Below, piece after piece: positions 24,483-38,889 of a DNA stretch of 64,000 bases (its first letter is position 1; each line of letters opens with the position of its first letter). Source of the DNA: Lepidodermella squamata (lineage: Eukaryota > Animalia > Gastrotricha); contig JBLDXI010000001.1 of the NCBI GenBank assembly GCA_047495785.1, positions 3,472,001 through 3,536,000 of the forward strand, in the 5' to 3' direction. Under the pieces are notes generated by a model. It was not told the DNA's origin. It searched no databases and worked only from the letters and a program-made list of their open reading frames with translations. The translations under genes were made by a program, and so were the position numbers.

Positions 24483-25777
24483 CTTTATAACAAAAACTAT
24501 ATAGAGAGCATAGAAGTCAGAGATACCGAGTCACAAGATTCACAAGGTAAAATGCGTCGAAAGTTGGTTAACCAGCCGGCTGTCCCCAGATTGCGAAGCT
24601 GAACCCCCTTGTAATAGTAAATGAAAAAGCTATACAATAATTTCCTTTATCACAAGACAAAAAACAAACGAGCAATAAAAATTTAGCCTCACTAAGCTCG
24701 CGAGCTCCTAAACCCAGTTCCTAAAATCGGATTCAGACAAACCGATCAATGTAATATATTTTACATTTTCCAGCTTATCAATAGAGCAAGACTGCTATAG
24801 CTTGTTCAAGTTGAGCGGAATTCTCTTCCGGCATTAACTAGAGTTTTTAGCCCGGCGGCAACAGAGACCAGGAAGTCGGAACAAAATCCATCGATTTTCG
24901 ATGACGAGTGCAATGCGTTTTTCGGATCGGGTCGCCCATAACAACGAACGCATGCCTTAATTTTTGATTTTTTAATTTAGGTTTGATTAAATATTAAAGT
25001 TTCGAAAATACTCATATGCGTAAAAAAATGTGAAACATTTAACCCGCTAAAGTTTAAAAATATGGTTACCAAGCAGCAGCGTCGTTAGTGGATGGATCTC
25101 CCAGAACATCCTCCTTTTCTTCGCTTGAGTCCGCAAACGAATATCGAAACGTTTTTTCGTGTGGAAATACTGCTGTACATGCTATTAGAAATGCATAATC
25201 AATGGATAGCGATGTCATTTGAGCAAGACATTTAAGCAACTCAATGTCAGAGTTGCAATCGAAGTCGAGTCTTGTAGCGAGGCGGCACTCGCACTACTGG
25301 CAGCCGCAGCCTCAGAATATCGTAATCCGACAGCGGTTGCCATTTTTTTCATGTGCGGAGAAGCCAAAGTGAAACATTCATGTAGACAGGGGCAGAATTA
25401 GGCCAGGGAGCGAGGGAGCGAGACTTTTGAGCCCATTTAATTAAAGATTGGTTAGCGACTTCTGTCTATTTCCCACTGTCCCTTTCCTGTAATTTGTCTA
25501 TTGTTTGATCTAATGTTTGATGTTCCGCGGTGTTAAAGATTTGATCATTTGAAAAGATTTATCTAGAACTTACCTGCAGGAAAATCAAGGATACTTGTTT
25601 CTGGTCCTGGAATGCTTTGTACACACATTTACGTCACATGATTTAGAGTGGAATCATTCATTAGCAGTTGCCTTAGGGCGCTTGCCATTTCATGATCCAG
25701 AACTGCGTATTTATATTTACACGTAAAACCGCTGATAAATTTGGTACGATACTCATGGGGCGAATTAGAATAGTTTT

Positions 25778-27017
25778 GGGTGTGCCAACTGCACCTACTA
25801 AAAATGAGGTTCCAGCACTAAATTTGAAAGTGACTCGCACTAATCCTATTTAACACTAAATAAGCAACTCTAACACTAAATATACAAAGCCACCACCTAA
25901 TTCGCAGATAGGAATGCCATCGTGCCGCTCTAGCGAGGCCGCTGGAGAGCGCAGTTACTTCGAGGATCTGCCAATCGACCTTGGCCCTATTCCATATCCC
26001 CTATCCCCAATCAATCAACCGTAAACACTTGCTTTTTCATACTTGGACACTGCAGATTTGGTGGTAATATCTGCGGCTAATCGCAAGCAGGGTCAGGCGT
26101 CACTTGTAGGTCAAAGGTCAAAAGTTTGCTAAGCCGTAAAAAATGTGCGCATATGCAAATAAGGCAGGATGTTGACATTTAAGTTACGTTGGGAGGGCCT
26201 GTTTTAGGAGGGACTCATTGCCAGGCTACCTTAGTCATGGGCAAATACAACTATTTTATGCTTGGCTACTACAGCCACTCCCTTCCTGCTAAAACGAGAC
26301 GTGGCAAACCATTTCAGTACTATCCCTATCGTGTGCATTTCAAAAGGTGAAAGCTGACTGTGATCACTATGGCGCAACACCTAACCTTCAAACAAAGACT
26401 GTGACGTCTCAGTTAGCTATATCTAATTACTCTTGAAGCTAATAAGTTTCAAAGTTTCGGATAAAGCCCTTACTGCCACTCAGGGTCCCACCATGATGGT
26501 CCCTCGTAAAAAACCAATGGCGGCGTTCCGTAGCAGAGCTGTATGCAGTGAGCAACTTGTCAATTCTCAATCGAAAGGGTGTGTCATAAAGTGATGCTAA
26601 TCTCAACAACATGGCTCATTTGCATAATTTGCATTATTTTTAAGTCCGTATTTCTCTTAAAGTTATGCAAGCGAGCCTAAAATCGCGGGTGCATCATATC
26701 CTAATCCTGACTCCTTAACATTTCTCGGAACCGTAAACCTATGCCCACCTTCAGCACTATAAAAGTGGCTTTAGCTGCCGGTAATACGGACTACGGTGAA
26801 AACCTAGTCATGCTTCGTCTGAGGGCGCGTGGTTGAGTATGCCCGAGAGCCTCGCCTGGGATTAACAGCAGTAATAGGCACTGAATGCTGATATTTAGTG
26901 CTGGAACTCACATTTAGGTGCCCAAATGATTTAGTGCGAGCTGTTTGCAAATTAGGTAAACGCACTCTCAAATTTAGTGCTGGAACCTCATTTTAGGTGG
27001 TGCACTTATTTAGACCC
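25778..27017. mobile_element. Non-autonomous Mutator-like (MULE/Foldback) element
   Basis: 9-bp TSD AATAGTTTT at 25769-25777 and 27018-27026, GGGT..ACCC termini, and long TIRs built from repeated CACTAAA/CACCTAA units (AAAATGAGGTTCCAGCACTAAATTTGA mirrored). Confidence 0.8.
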
Positions 27018-27334
27018 AATAGTTTTGGCTCGAAAATTTATTTCTTCATCAACTCAGATTTTATGTAAGGATACATGTAATGCATAGTAAGTATTACATT
27101 CCATATTTACAATTGATACCTGCTATTATATATATTGACACATGACGAGAATCTCGCAACAATTTATAGCTATAAGTATAAGGCATCATCATCATCATGA
27201 AACCATAGTCTCAACCCAGTTATTTGCAACGATATTTCGATTAGATAATTATAAAAAAGGCTGACTGCGATGACGGGCAGCGTTAGGGAGGTATTGAAAC
27301 GAGCACGAGCTCCACGCTTCGATGCTGATGACTA

Positions 27335-29166
27335 CTACGCTGGGTAAACCAGTTGTTCCTCGCAAACGTGCTCATCTTTCTTCCCGTCAACTATAAGTAG
27401 CACAGCAGGCAAGATAAGAAGCAAAACGCCGATCCAGGCCAGTATAAAGCCCCAGCCGCAAGAAATCGAAGCCATAACTTGCGGCCAAATCGACGAGTGA
27501 ACTTCACGCGTCATTTCACCCGTAATCGTTACGTTTTTCTGATGAGAAGGTGTGCTGTACAAGTTAGGAGCTTGGGTAACTCTTTTAGAACTACTGCCAA
27601 CTTGAGAAGTTTTTCGCGTTGAAAAATAAATAGATGAAAATTTGGTTGACTGTGTATAAGGGCGAGGTGTTGTTTTGGCGCCTTGAAGCCAGGCATAAGC
27701 CGCTGTATCCGAGGAAGCTGTGGCGTACAGACGTTGGCGGTGCAAAATTGACACTTCGAACAAAAACCGGGCTGACCAAAACAGCAAACACGACGCAAGG
27801 ATGAATGCTGAATAATAATAACAAATCAATAGACGTAATCGCGAATTCTCTATCGGTCTTACCTGCGGCTAGGAGAAGACCTGTACATGTTTTGTAAAGC
27901 CGCCACTTCGAAATATTGTCGGTATCCATTTTGAAGGCGATGCACAAAACGATGAATGCACTGATTGCAATTAAAATTGCTGCTCCATATAGGCCTCCGC
28001 AAATTTGAATCCAACCTAAAAATGCGCAAAACAAGGCTTAGAATCAAAGGCGCGAAAATATGAATATAATACTTTTCTGAAAAATCGGCCAGAATTGGCA
28101 TCGAATGTCGGTCATTTCACCCGACTTTCGGTTGAGAAAACCGTGGCAGAACTCGAAAAATCCATAACGATAAAAAGTTGTGCCCAGCGGTGAGTTTGGC
28201 TGGTCGAAGCGGCCCAGCCATTCGGAGGTAACGGCAGCGATGAAGAGGCACACCAGTGAAAGGAAGACTATTAGCGCCGCGCCAACCTTATAAAGTTGAA
28301 AAAAGCCAACAGATTTTCAAACGCAAATCGAATTCAAGAAACAAGTGACTTCGCAACTAAGAGAGACGTAAAATAAAGAGTTTGGACCTTTTAGACCCAC
28401 CTTATCAGGCTCAGCCTTAATTTATCAAATGAAATTCAGATTATAAGTTCCTGAGCTGTATTTGAGACTAAGGTATATTAGTTCGAAAACTTATAGCTTG
28501 GGAATCAGTTCATTTTCCTAGATCGTAGTCATTCAAGTTTCCCTACTTGGGAAAACAATGAAACGGAAGTACCTGAAAGCACTGGTCTAAGATTTTGAAA
28601 TTCTATTTTTCCTAGGCTTCGTAAATACAGCAATATACCTATTAATCAATCATTTTGGAAGTTGAAATAATCTAATGAATGAAAGGTGTCGAAATTACGA
28701 AGACATACCTTTGCAGGGCGATAAGTTTTGATGGTGATGATCTTGGCGATAGGTGCACTTGTGTTAGCCGGCATCATGCCAGAGTGATCATCCTGATGAT
28801 TATTCTCATCATGTGCCGCCAGCAGCGCTGTATCTTTAGTAACTGTCGAGTCGTTGTTACCCGCCTCTAACAAGAGCTTGCTATCTTTTTCTAACATATT
28901 TAACGTACAAGCCGATGTGGAACTCGCAGTGTTACTGTTGTTCGCAGCTGTAATAACAATATAGTAGGTTCGGCTTGTTTTTTGTTCGTATTTTATTTGT
29001 TATTACCTTTCGGCTTCGCGGCGTTGTTATTTTTCGAGGTAGTTTGACCAGCGGGTTTTTTACGGTAGGCAGCAGGCTGCTCATCATCATCGTCGCAATT
29101 TATGCCGTTATTGTGAGCCGGCAATAGCAGCAAGCTCGGCGCACTTCCCGTGCCCGATTCATCCAT
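27335..29166 (-). CDS. Claudin/PMP22/EMP-superfamily tetraspan membrane protein (5 exons)
   Basis: TM1 is followed by a W..(YGFFEFC)..C ECL1 signature. There are four hydrophobic segments and a SISCGWGFILAW-type TM4 entry, with in-frame GT-AG junctions. The 5' end is uncertain. Confidence 0.7.
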
Positions 29167-32100
29167 AGCATCCACGATACTTTGGTAACTTTGATTGCTC
29201 CTAGAATGTACCAATCAATTTGGGACAAATATACGAAAAGCAAAAATCAGCCGTTATTGTAATGATAATTGCAAGCAGGCGATGAAATTAATCTAAAATA
29301 TGGTCATGCTGAGACATCGGATACGGATGGTTGATTTTCCGTATTTTGATAACGATAAAAATCCCGCTATTATTTGTTTAGGTATTTTGCTCAATGATCG
29401 CCGAAATAAAAGCTTGAACTTACATTGTGCAGCTGATTATTATTTACCGATAAATAATTTTCGCCGCCGGTAAAAAAGACACGACCGATTTTTCGCGCGG
29501 GTGTTACGCTAGGTAGCGCATTCTCCGATTGAGGTAAACTATCTCTGATTAGCGATTTTTATTGGCGATGGCCGAAAAATAGGAACTGCGGTACTATATA
29601 CAGCGGATGAGCAGCTTCTAACCGTGTATATAGCTTGCGAAAATCAAAACAAAATATTTATAGACAAAGTGCTTGAAGCACGCCAGTCTTGACGTGCTGC
29701 ATAAATAGCAGCTAGCGCTAATATATTTATTATTATTGTTCAAAATATTACTACGTGACTCTTCTATATGTAAAGGAGGGGCGCCAAAAAATCATCTCTG
29801 GTGCCTATATACATACACAAGCATCAATACCTAATAATGTGTATCAAGGTGCTTCAGATTTATTCCAAACTGCCCGCGCTTTTGCGCGCATATATCATGC
29901 GTGTTGTAAAACCTGCGCGATTGGAAAAAACCACCACCACCACATCGGTGATGAGCTGCTGCTGGCGGAAAAAGTAGCTACTATAATAAATGTTGAGTGC
30001 GCACGTGCGCGATTTTTTCTTGCGTTATGCGCGAAAAAAGTGCGTAACATACATTTCGGACACGGGTTAACGATGCGCTCGCGCAGGTGGTATCAGCAGT
30101 ATCAGCCCCGGGTGCAACACAACAATCCATTAGACTCATTTACCACCTTCGTCGAATTGACAACTACTAGTGGCAAAAAACGCCACGGATTTTTTTCCGC
30201 AGAAAAACGGGGTGTCCATCATGGGCTAGCTCTACGCAGCTGGAGGTGTATAACAACGAAGGAAGTGTTGTGTCAATATACAGTCGAAAAAAATGATGGG
30301 AGCCATTATATTATTATTCACTCTGTGATGAAATAAAAGACGCATGTCCTTTTGTTTGCTTCAAAGAAAAATAGGCGCCCATATTTCGCCCCATATATCG
30401 CATGCAATTAGGGGGCTGCAGAAGGACACTAGAAAATCTCGATGAGGCGTGAAATAGGCTAAGGTAATACTGAAGAAGACAGCCGCATCATATCCTATAA
30501 ATGGAGAGTGAATTAGGAAAAATGAATAGAATAAATTATCTATTTATCACACAAATAATACGGAAATAATTCCCGTGAAAGGTAGGGGGATAATTGATGG
30601 GAGATAGGAATAAAATAGGTGTTATGAATTATTCCTTTTTACAGCCAAATAATAGCAGTTAGATATAATAATAGAATTTTCGAGTCTACAGTGACTCCTT
30701 AATAAATCAGATTCGGGCGTTTAGTCATTAAAGGAATTAGGTTGAAAGTGACGCCGACTTTGATCGATTTAGGATATAAAAAGGATCTGGTGGTGTAATC
30801 TATCGCGCATCTTCGATTGTGCACGGCCCCAGCAGCTTGTTTCACGCTCCTGTAGCAAAATATACAAACCTATCATCGTTTCGCGGTATATTTCGCGTTT
30901 ATATATAATAGAAAATTGGCGAGCATATATGCAACTAGCAATTTGCCAATAATAATTTCTACGCCACGTGAATAAGAGATTGAAAAATGGTATAATAGAA
31001 ATAGTTTGTCTCGTAATAAGAGCAACAAATATAATTCTATTGATGAAAAAATAGCATTTTAAAAAGAAAAACGTGGCCCGACAAAACAGCATTTAATTGA
31101 CTAATTATTGACGGTCAAAAGGCGCGCACAAAAATGTTTAAGGTGGATATATGGGCCATGTTTTTGACAACGTCATTTATTTTTTGCGCCGCAAAAATCG
31201 AGCGCAGTAAAAAGAACGAGCAGACACACACGCGTCCAAGTCATACGCATAAAATGATCCTGTTTGATATACACACCATACATCAGGATGCGATACGGTG
31301 GCGCTCGACAAGTATGTTTACAGTTATATTACAGCTGCTGTACAAGATAGCCAGCCAGAGTATATATATATATCTATACGCGAGCGGAAATAACAAGATG
31401 CCGCATGGTATTATTATTATTCGGCAAATACACATCATAAAAAGTTCGGATATTTTTTGTATCTCAAGCTCGACGGGGTACTCTAAGATAGCAGATTAAA
31501 GATGCGGATCAAGTTCATAATTTACGATCCTCAATTCTAGTGCTTATAAGAGAGGAACATTATCCAAATACAGATGAAACAGTAGTCTATAGGACAATGA
31601 GGTTCTTTTCTTCACTCTTTTATATCAGGAAAACTCGAAATTCCAGGCTAATTTTCATTATCGAAAAGGTCCGATGGTAACAAATTCACCGACTGCAGTT
31701 ATACAGGTGTCAAAAATGAATTTATTTACTCAATAAAAAACTCGATAGGTAATTTTCCATTTTATTTTTTGTTTGGTTCATCATTTTTTTACACATATAT
31801 TGCGCCATGTATACGCCATTTGTCATATCACCGCAAAAACCGGCCCTTATTTATACATAATCTTACATTACGAAAAGATCAGTCCAGGTGCGTGCAAACA
31901 ATAATTCACCATCCATTATCATCGCAATTTCTATTCAACAATTTGTCGCATATTTTTTGTAATCATATTGCAGGTGTGAATATAACGATGATGGTAATAT
32001 TCGAAAAATAATATTTCTGTAAAAGACTAATGCGCTCGCCGAAAAAAGATCAAGCCGTCAGCAATAAAATAGTCCGTTTTTGTTCATTGAAATCGCAAAG

Positions 32101-32425
32101 CAATATTTTCCATTGAAAACAAAGCAAACTTATATAGTGTATACGCGTTTGTTGAATATCATATAACAGCAGCAGCAGAACCAATAAAACGACGGCCTGG
32201 TGGGCTGGAAAAATATCATGATCCAGCTTCGAATTATGTAGTTAACAATAAACGGCTGGGTATATATAAGAATTTGTTTAGCAGAATTTTCCGAGAAACC
32301 GCATAGATGAAACGTTAGAAATAAAATACTTTTTTCAATGCATTTTTTGTTTGTTTTTAAAGCTGATGGCAAAAACATTGCGAGTATGGAATGCACAAAG
32401 GAATAGCCATATAACAAATTCACTT

Positions 32426-35400
32426 TCATGCAATAGTCACTTGAACAAGCAACGCCGAGCAGGATGAATTTTCCGAATCCAGCCGAATGTAACGGAAGCC
32501 TATAGGAAAATTGATTAAAACCCTCTTCATTATTTTTTTTTATTTTTCTTACCTGGTCGAATGAGCCTAACAGGTAGCGTATATTGCGCGATAAAATTGT
32601 TTCGACTTAGCGCCGAATTTTCATCCATTACAATGAACCGCATGATAGCAATTTCGGGCCGCGTGATTTTAAACGTGAAAGCATCGTTCCAAATCGGGTT
32701 GAAGCCGTTGTTGTTGACAACGGTTGTCCGGTAACGGGCGTGATCTTCCATCGCCCCGTACACTCGAACGATGACGTAAGGATCGAGAATGTCCTTGACG
32801 TTTTGATCGTCAACTTTGCCTAGTTGGTAACCACTGATGATTTGAACCCTGACAGTCATGGGCGGCGATTGAGGTGGGTGGAATTGTTTCAGCACATAGC
32901 CACTGATGCCGTTGTCTAGGAAGAAACCGCTGTACATTTTGAAGTATTTATCCGGCGTTTGGAAGTTGAGCGCGACCAGTTGGCAACCGGTAACCAGGCC
33001 GGGTATCGGGTTGTAGTTGCCCGAGTTGGTTCGAAGACCGGCCGGGTAAACGCGGACGAAATACTTGTCGGTATGCTCGATCAGCTTTTTCGAGCTTTCT
33101 TGAGCCAGTTCTATCAAATCACTCTCGACTAGGGATGATACAGCTGCGAACGGAACTGAAAAGAACAATTTAGAAAAATTAAAATTCCATGATACCGAAT
33201 GAAATTTCAGCAGCGATAGAAAATTCATTCGACTAAAATAAATTATGCATTCGTCAAATAAAAAAATCCAAGATCAAGTTAAAATAAAAGTTTCAGAAAA
33301 TTTAGATAAATAAATAAAATCCAAAATCCAGACTCACTCTCAGCAGAACCTTTGGTTGAGCTCTTGTGAAAAAATGACGAACCTTTTTGGTGAAATGAAT
33401 TTCGAAGTTGTGAATATTCATACTGATCTTCAGAAATTTTAGAAAAATATCAGCTTAAACCCTAGGTTGAACCTTTAGCTAGAACATCCTAAATAAAATG
33501 CCCAATAGGTCCAAAAGGTCCAAAAGGTTCAAAAGGCATATTTCCGCGCATGGAAATCGTTTTCCAAAACTTACGCGGCTTCGAAGATCCTTCACTCAGT
33601 TTCGGCATAGAAGCAGACGGTATCGCCGTGATATCGGACAGCTCCTTCGCAGTTTTCTCCTTTTCCGCCTTCCCAACAGCGGCAGAAACTTCGTTGGCTG
33701 ATGGCGGGGGTGCTTGGTCTATCGAATTCGTCGGCGCGTATTCAGCTTCTTCACCTGACCCTACTGTCGAGTAGTGCTTCGACAACGACGGATGAACCTT
33801 GAGAATTTTGCCCTTGATGAGAAATTTGTACTTGAGCTCTTCGGGCGACAGCATCCGCGACGGGTCGCTAGGGTCGGCCAGCGACGTGCACAACGAATCG
33901 CCGAATATCTGCTTCATATGCTCGGCCATGCGGCGCTGTTGCGCGGTGGAGCAGTGGTTTTCTATCGAAACAACGACCGGATAGGGAGTGGTGATGAAAG
34001 CAGTAGTTTTAATTGCTTGGATGACATCACGGAATAGCAGAACTGATGTCAGAGTTCGACCATGCGTGACGATTGGCTCGCCGTTGTCACCGTCCCAACT
34101 GTCAACTGAGAATTTCAAAAAATAATAAAAATTTTGAACAAATTGAAAATTAAATTGGGTAAGGTTTAAAATTTGAAAATTCTATTTCATCAAATACTTG
34201 AACCGCTGCTTAATCAAATAAAATTTAAAACTGGAATAGAAACTGAAATTTGAAATTTTCACGGAAATCGAAATTTTTTCATTTTTAAAAAAATGCAAGA
34301 TTGAAATCGATTACCCTAAACAAGTAACTATTCTTAGAATAAAATGTTCCGAAGTATTTGAAGAATTTACTTTCAACACATCGGCATCCTTTGTTGAGCG
34401 ATGCGATGTAGCCATTGGTACTGCTTTCGCCGGTCAGCTGGTTGCCAATGAGGTAAGTGTTATGGGACGAAAATATCCAGTAAGAAGTCAACGGCTGGGA
34501 CATGTCCTGATAAATCACCGTCGCCTCGGGTTTTATCAAAGCATTATCCTCTGACATTATGTACGACCGGAATCCTTCATAACTCAGCAAATCCGACCCA
34601 CGCATCGATACACTCAATTCGTGGCGGCGCATGAGCTTTTCAATGGCGGCTGTTTGCAAAAATTGCTTCTGATGGGCGCTGAGGAAGGCTGAAAAGTTGG
34701 ACATGTTCAGGTATTCATCGCTTCCTTTTTGAGCCTTGTAAATATTTTCTATCTCAACGCAGTGGTATAGGATTTTGACGAATTGAAGGAATTCGCGCCG
34801 GTCAAGATGCCCATCACGATCGGCATCCGAACTGCCCTGTTCGACCATTTTGAACAAATCTCTGACGTAGTGCCGGTCCAAATTAAGGTGGAGGCGTTTC
34901 AGAAGATTGCAGACTTCATCGACTGATAAACGCCCGTCGCCATTGACGTCCGCCAATTGGAAGTAACATTGCGCTATACTACAAAATAAAATAAAATAAA
35001 TGAATGTAAAATAAAATGAGTAAACTGATCGTAGCCGCATCGTACACACATCGTAGTTTTTTTTCGGTGAACTACGATGTTGCTACGGTGTTGTTTTAGC
35101 GCATCGTAGCATTTTAAAAATCGAAAATGTGCGCAAAACTTTATTATTTCATGCTTTGATTGCTGCTATTGGTCAACCACATTGATAAGAATGTCCTCAC
35201 CAAAAAGCATCGCGATATGTCACGTGATCATTTTCTGATAAATGGCTGATTTCAGCTTCGAGGTTTTTAATCGAATGGGTTAACTTTTTCGTTTGTCCGA
35301 ATCATCTGATGACCTCATCTTTGGTACAAATGATGTCCCGGGAGTGGGCTATCCAGCAAAACTAACCTCGTCCAGTTTGGATTCTCCGTCGGGGCGCGCC

Positions 35401-36456
35401 GGGTGCCGGAAAATGCGTTCAAAATCGCACTTATCACTAATTTTAAGAGTTTTGGGGTCACCTGGGCGCCCAGAGGAGTCTCCTCCTGACCTCATCTTTG
35501 GTACAAATGATGTCCCGGGAGTGGGCTATCCAGCAAAACTAACCTCGTCCAGTTTGGATTCTCCGTCGGGGCGCGCCGGGTGCCGGAAAATGCGTTCAAA
35601 ATCGCACTTATCATTAATTTTCCGGCTGATTCTATATTTTTTCGAATTTTACTCTCCACAATTCCAAAATTTGAAAAAACGCGATTCCTCGTATAAGGAA
35701 GGTTTCTAGATGGTTTTCTATAAATTTTGGTACAAATATACCCTTTTTCGAAATTTTCAAAAACGCATCGTAGCACCGTAGTGCTACTAATAGCAGTGGT
35801 AGCAGCCGCATCGTACTCATATCGCAGCAGTGCTATTTGAGTGCTATTTTTTTCGTATAGTGTTTAATATTTTTCCATTTTTCAAAAAAATAATAAAATA
35901 ATAAATTATTTTGAAAATTAAACTCACTCATCAGCCGTTTGAACTGTTGGCATAAGTCGCGATATAATGAGCGTCAGTCCATGAACCCATGCTTTCTTTA
36001 TATTCGCATCCTTGCACATAAAGTCGATGGTTTTGCATCCGTTCCCAAACACAAGTGAAAAGCATCTATTCTCTGCCTGGGAATAATTAAAAAAAATTCG
36101 GGAATTTATAAATAATTTCGCTGTCAAACCTCTTTCAAAGCGTTCCTTTGAAACGCTTCCGTATGCGCTCCATCGATAATATTGTCAACTTCTCGGAGGG
36201 CTAATATTCATTTGAAAAATTAAAGAATATAAACGAAATTAAAATCTCGAGTCTTACGGATGAGCCGTTTTGTGCCATCAAAGGCGAACATGCTGTTCGA
36301 ATATTTGCGTAAGACAGTTGTTCGATCGTCAATAAATACGACGCGATTTTTGCGCTTGCCCCATTTATCGACAATGGTAATTTCGTCGCCCTTGGTAAGG
36401 TGAATCAACAGCGCTGCGTCCTCCGGCTTTTCGCGCTCTGCAATGGCCGAGATCAT
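32426..36456 (-). CDS. PLCD: Phosphoinositide phospholipase C, delta-type (PH, EF hands, X/Y, C2)
   Basis: PH motif CFSLVF..WVHGL, EF hand DVNGDGRLS, X box SSHNTY..DSWDG..HGRT..SIENHC, Y box RVYPAGLR..NYNP..VALNFQT, and C2 DPYV..NNGFNPIW. The start codon is uncertain. Confidence 0.9.
35310..35613. repeat. Intronic direct duplication: two identical ~127-bp units with a 177-bp period
   Basis: TGACCTCATCTTTGG...CGCACTTATCA occurs at 35310-35436 and 35487-35613, embedded in a region with repeated GCATCGTAG motifs. Confidence 0.9.
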
Positions 36457-38889
36457 AAAAATTAGGCACGTTAAATCGCCAAGTTGATTTTGGTATGTAT
36501 ATTTTTTGATTTTTATAGCGGATATATTGCCGTGTAAATAATTATACTCCGGCAGAATTAGCGTTCAAGCAAAATTATTCAAGACTTTATTTGTAGTTTT
36601 TTATACATATTTGCTCTTATGTTATAGTATAATATGTCAAAAAAAATCGAATAAAATACCCTGGTGCGCGTAAAAATGTCCACTAATATCGGCTGAATAA
36701 TATTGCTGAACGCCGAAAAGTGACGGGTATTACATTAGATTATTAAAATAAATAATAATATTAGACGACTTTTACAATAAATAATAATATCATTTTTTCG
36801 CGCGACCAAGCTGGTGCCAAAACGCGCTCTCGGCCGGTGCCTAAAAAATAGCTGCAGGCCCGTGTATAAGCTTCCGATTACCCAAAGACTGACAGGCGCC
36901 AGACAAAAGCGTAATATTTATTATTATTATTATTATACATCTTGGGATCGCAAAATTTTGCGCGCCTTATGAAACGAAAGTGCGAATGCGAGATGTAGTT
37001 CTTATAATTATATTATGAGATTTTTACTTTTATTTTTAGCCATGACTTTTGACAGCGGCAGTGGCCTATCTGTTTGGTGGATGTAAGCGGGTGGCGTGAA
37101 CGAAGGCCCGGTGTTTCGCCGATGCGCGTGCTGATTACTAGTAGTACTCATTTTTTCACGCTCGATTGATTTCGGGTGGTAAAAATTTATCGCGAAAATT
37201 TTGTTGCAGTTATAAACACGAAATGGAAAAACTTATTAATGAAAAGTGCTGCTGACATCAGGAAAAAACAGGCGCCGATTTATTTACTCAATTTTTTCCG
37301 CGCGGCTGCTTTTATATAAGACTTCATCTAAGAACATACCCTTAACATTCACGAAAACACTAGAGCGATGTTTGAGTTTCTTCGCCATATCGACAACAAA
37401 AATCTGAATCTACACTCTAGCTACTTGTCGCTATGTACCAAAGACAGCGTAGAAAAATTATATACCCATGCGGGTAGTATTAATGTCGCTGGACGAGTGG
37501 TATATATCACTGCCAACTGTATCCACCATAAAAATGAAATGTTATCAGGCTTTTTGCGGTTCACTGCTCAGTATATCTCGCGGCGATATGCGTATAACTG
37601 TAAGAAATAACTGGGCGCGTTCTGAATTAGCTTAGAGAACGCATTTGTCTTGTGTCACATGGAAGAAAAATCCCGAAAATTAATATTCTTACCGAAATCA
37701 CGCGGAATAACTTCAGTCAAAGGACAGTTCTCGCCGGCACCGCCTTCCAAGCAGCGCATTTTTTTGCAACAAATGCAAAAAAAATAACTGGGTGAGTAGA
37801 TGATTCTAAAAAAAGTTACACATAAAAAGCCTCGTTCTGTCCACTGCGTTGAGTATAGTGGAATTTTAAATAGCCGAATCACTTGGTTCAGAGCTCATCA
37901 GAATGCGCATATGATGCTGGATATAATATTTTACGGGATAGCAGATAAGACTTGTGCTGGAAAATAACGTAATTTTACGACCAGGTGGTAATTACGATAT
38001 ACAGGTATACTAGAACAAGAAGTATGTGAAAGATCTACGCGGTTACATGTTGCTTTTTCTATACGCTTGGCTGAATCTAATGGCTCAAGCTAATGGTTTT
38101 ACGCCTTTTTGGCATGTGCTAAAAGGAACGATACAAAAATAGTAGCTGTAGGTGGTAAATCATTTACCGGTTACGCTGGCTGAAGGAATAACACCTCCAT
38201 CAGGTAGAGCGTTATTTATTTTACGCAGCATCTGGCCCATTTTTTCAGCTGTTGTCTGCGATTGAATCGAAATGATGATTAAAACATTTCTTTCTTCAAA
38301 AGACTTTTACGATCCCCAGCATAAAGGGTCGAAAAAAGCTTTGAAAAATGTCGCTCATAGATTTTAATGAGATTTTCTCCGAGTCATGTATCAAAGTCTA
38401 TAACAATTATATTTTTAATTTAAATATGGACGAAAAGCGAAGAAAAGTTGTGATACTACATGTTGGCGGAAACATCGGAGTAAAAAGGCGAAAATGGCAA
38501 TTATTTTCAGAATTTCAACCTTTAGCCTCAAATGCTGAGAAAATTGCAAATCAAATTCAGGGAACTTTTCTGCCTGAATCTCAAGTAGGTATAATTGTTT
38601 GATACGAAGGTAAAATTTTGAAGAGATTTCGTGTCTAAAATAAAGGTCCAACTCAGTATAAATCGTGTTCCACTTTTCCATAAAAAAAAATGCATGCTTG
38701 AGCCAGAAATAGCAAAATATGATAGCGATAATAAAGCCTCTTGAAATTCAAGATGGTAATAATGGTAATAATTCAATTACTGTATATTCAGCGGTTTAGT
38801 TTCAATGCGCCCGGGGTTTTCTGGAGGTCATTCAGAGCTAGTATTGCTATAATTTATGCTAATCAGCTATATTTAAGTCAATCAATTTT

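Noticed and set aside
25568-25580. U1 snRNA-like ACTTACCTG
   Set aside because: No U1 body follows. It is just the complement of a 5' splice site.
29200-32400. Several 80-190 aa ORFs
   Set aside because: They have low-complexity AT-rich composition and no motifs. The region is probably UTR or regulatory DNA.
35293-35709. 138-aa ORF with an internal repeat
   Set aside because: It is a product of the 177-bp intronic duplication, with a non-ATG start, antisense to PLC.
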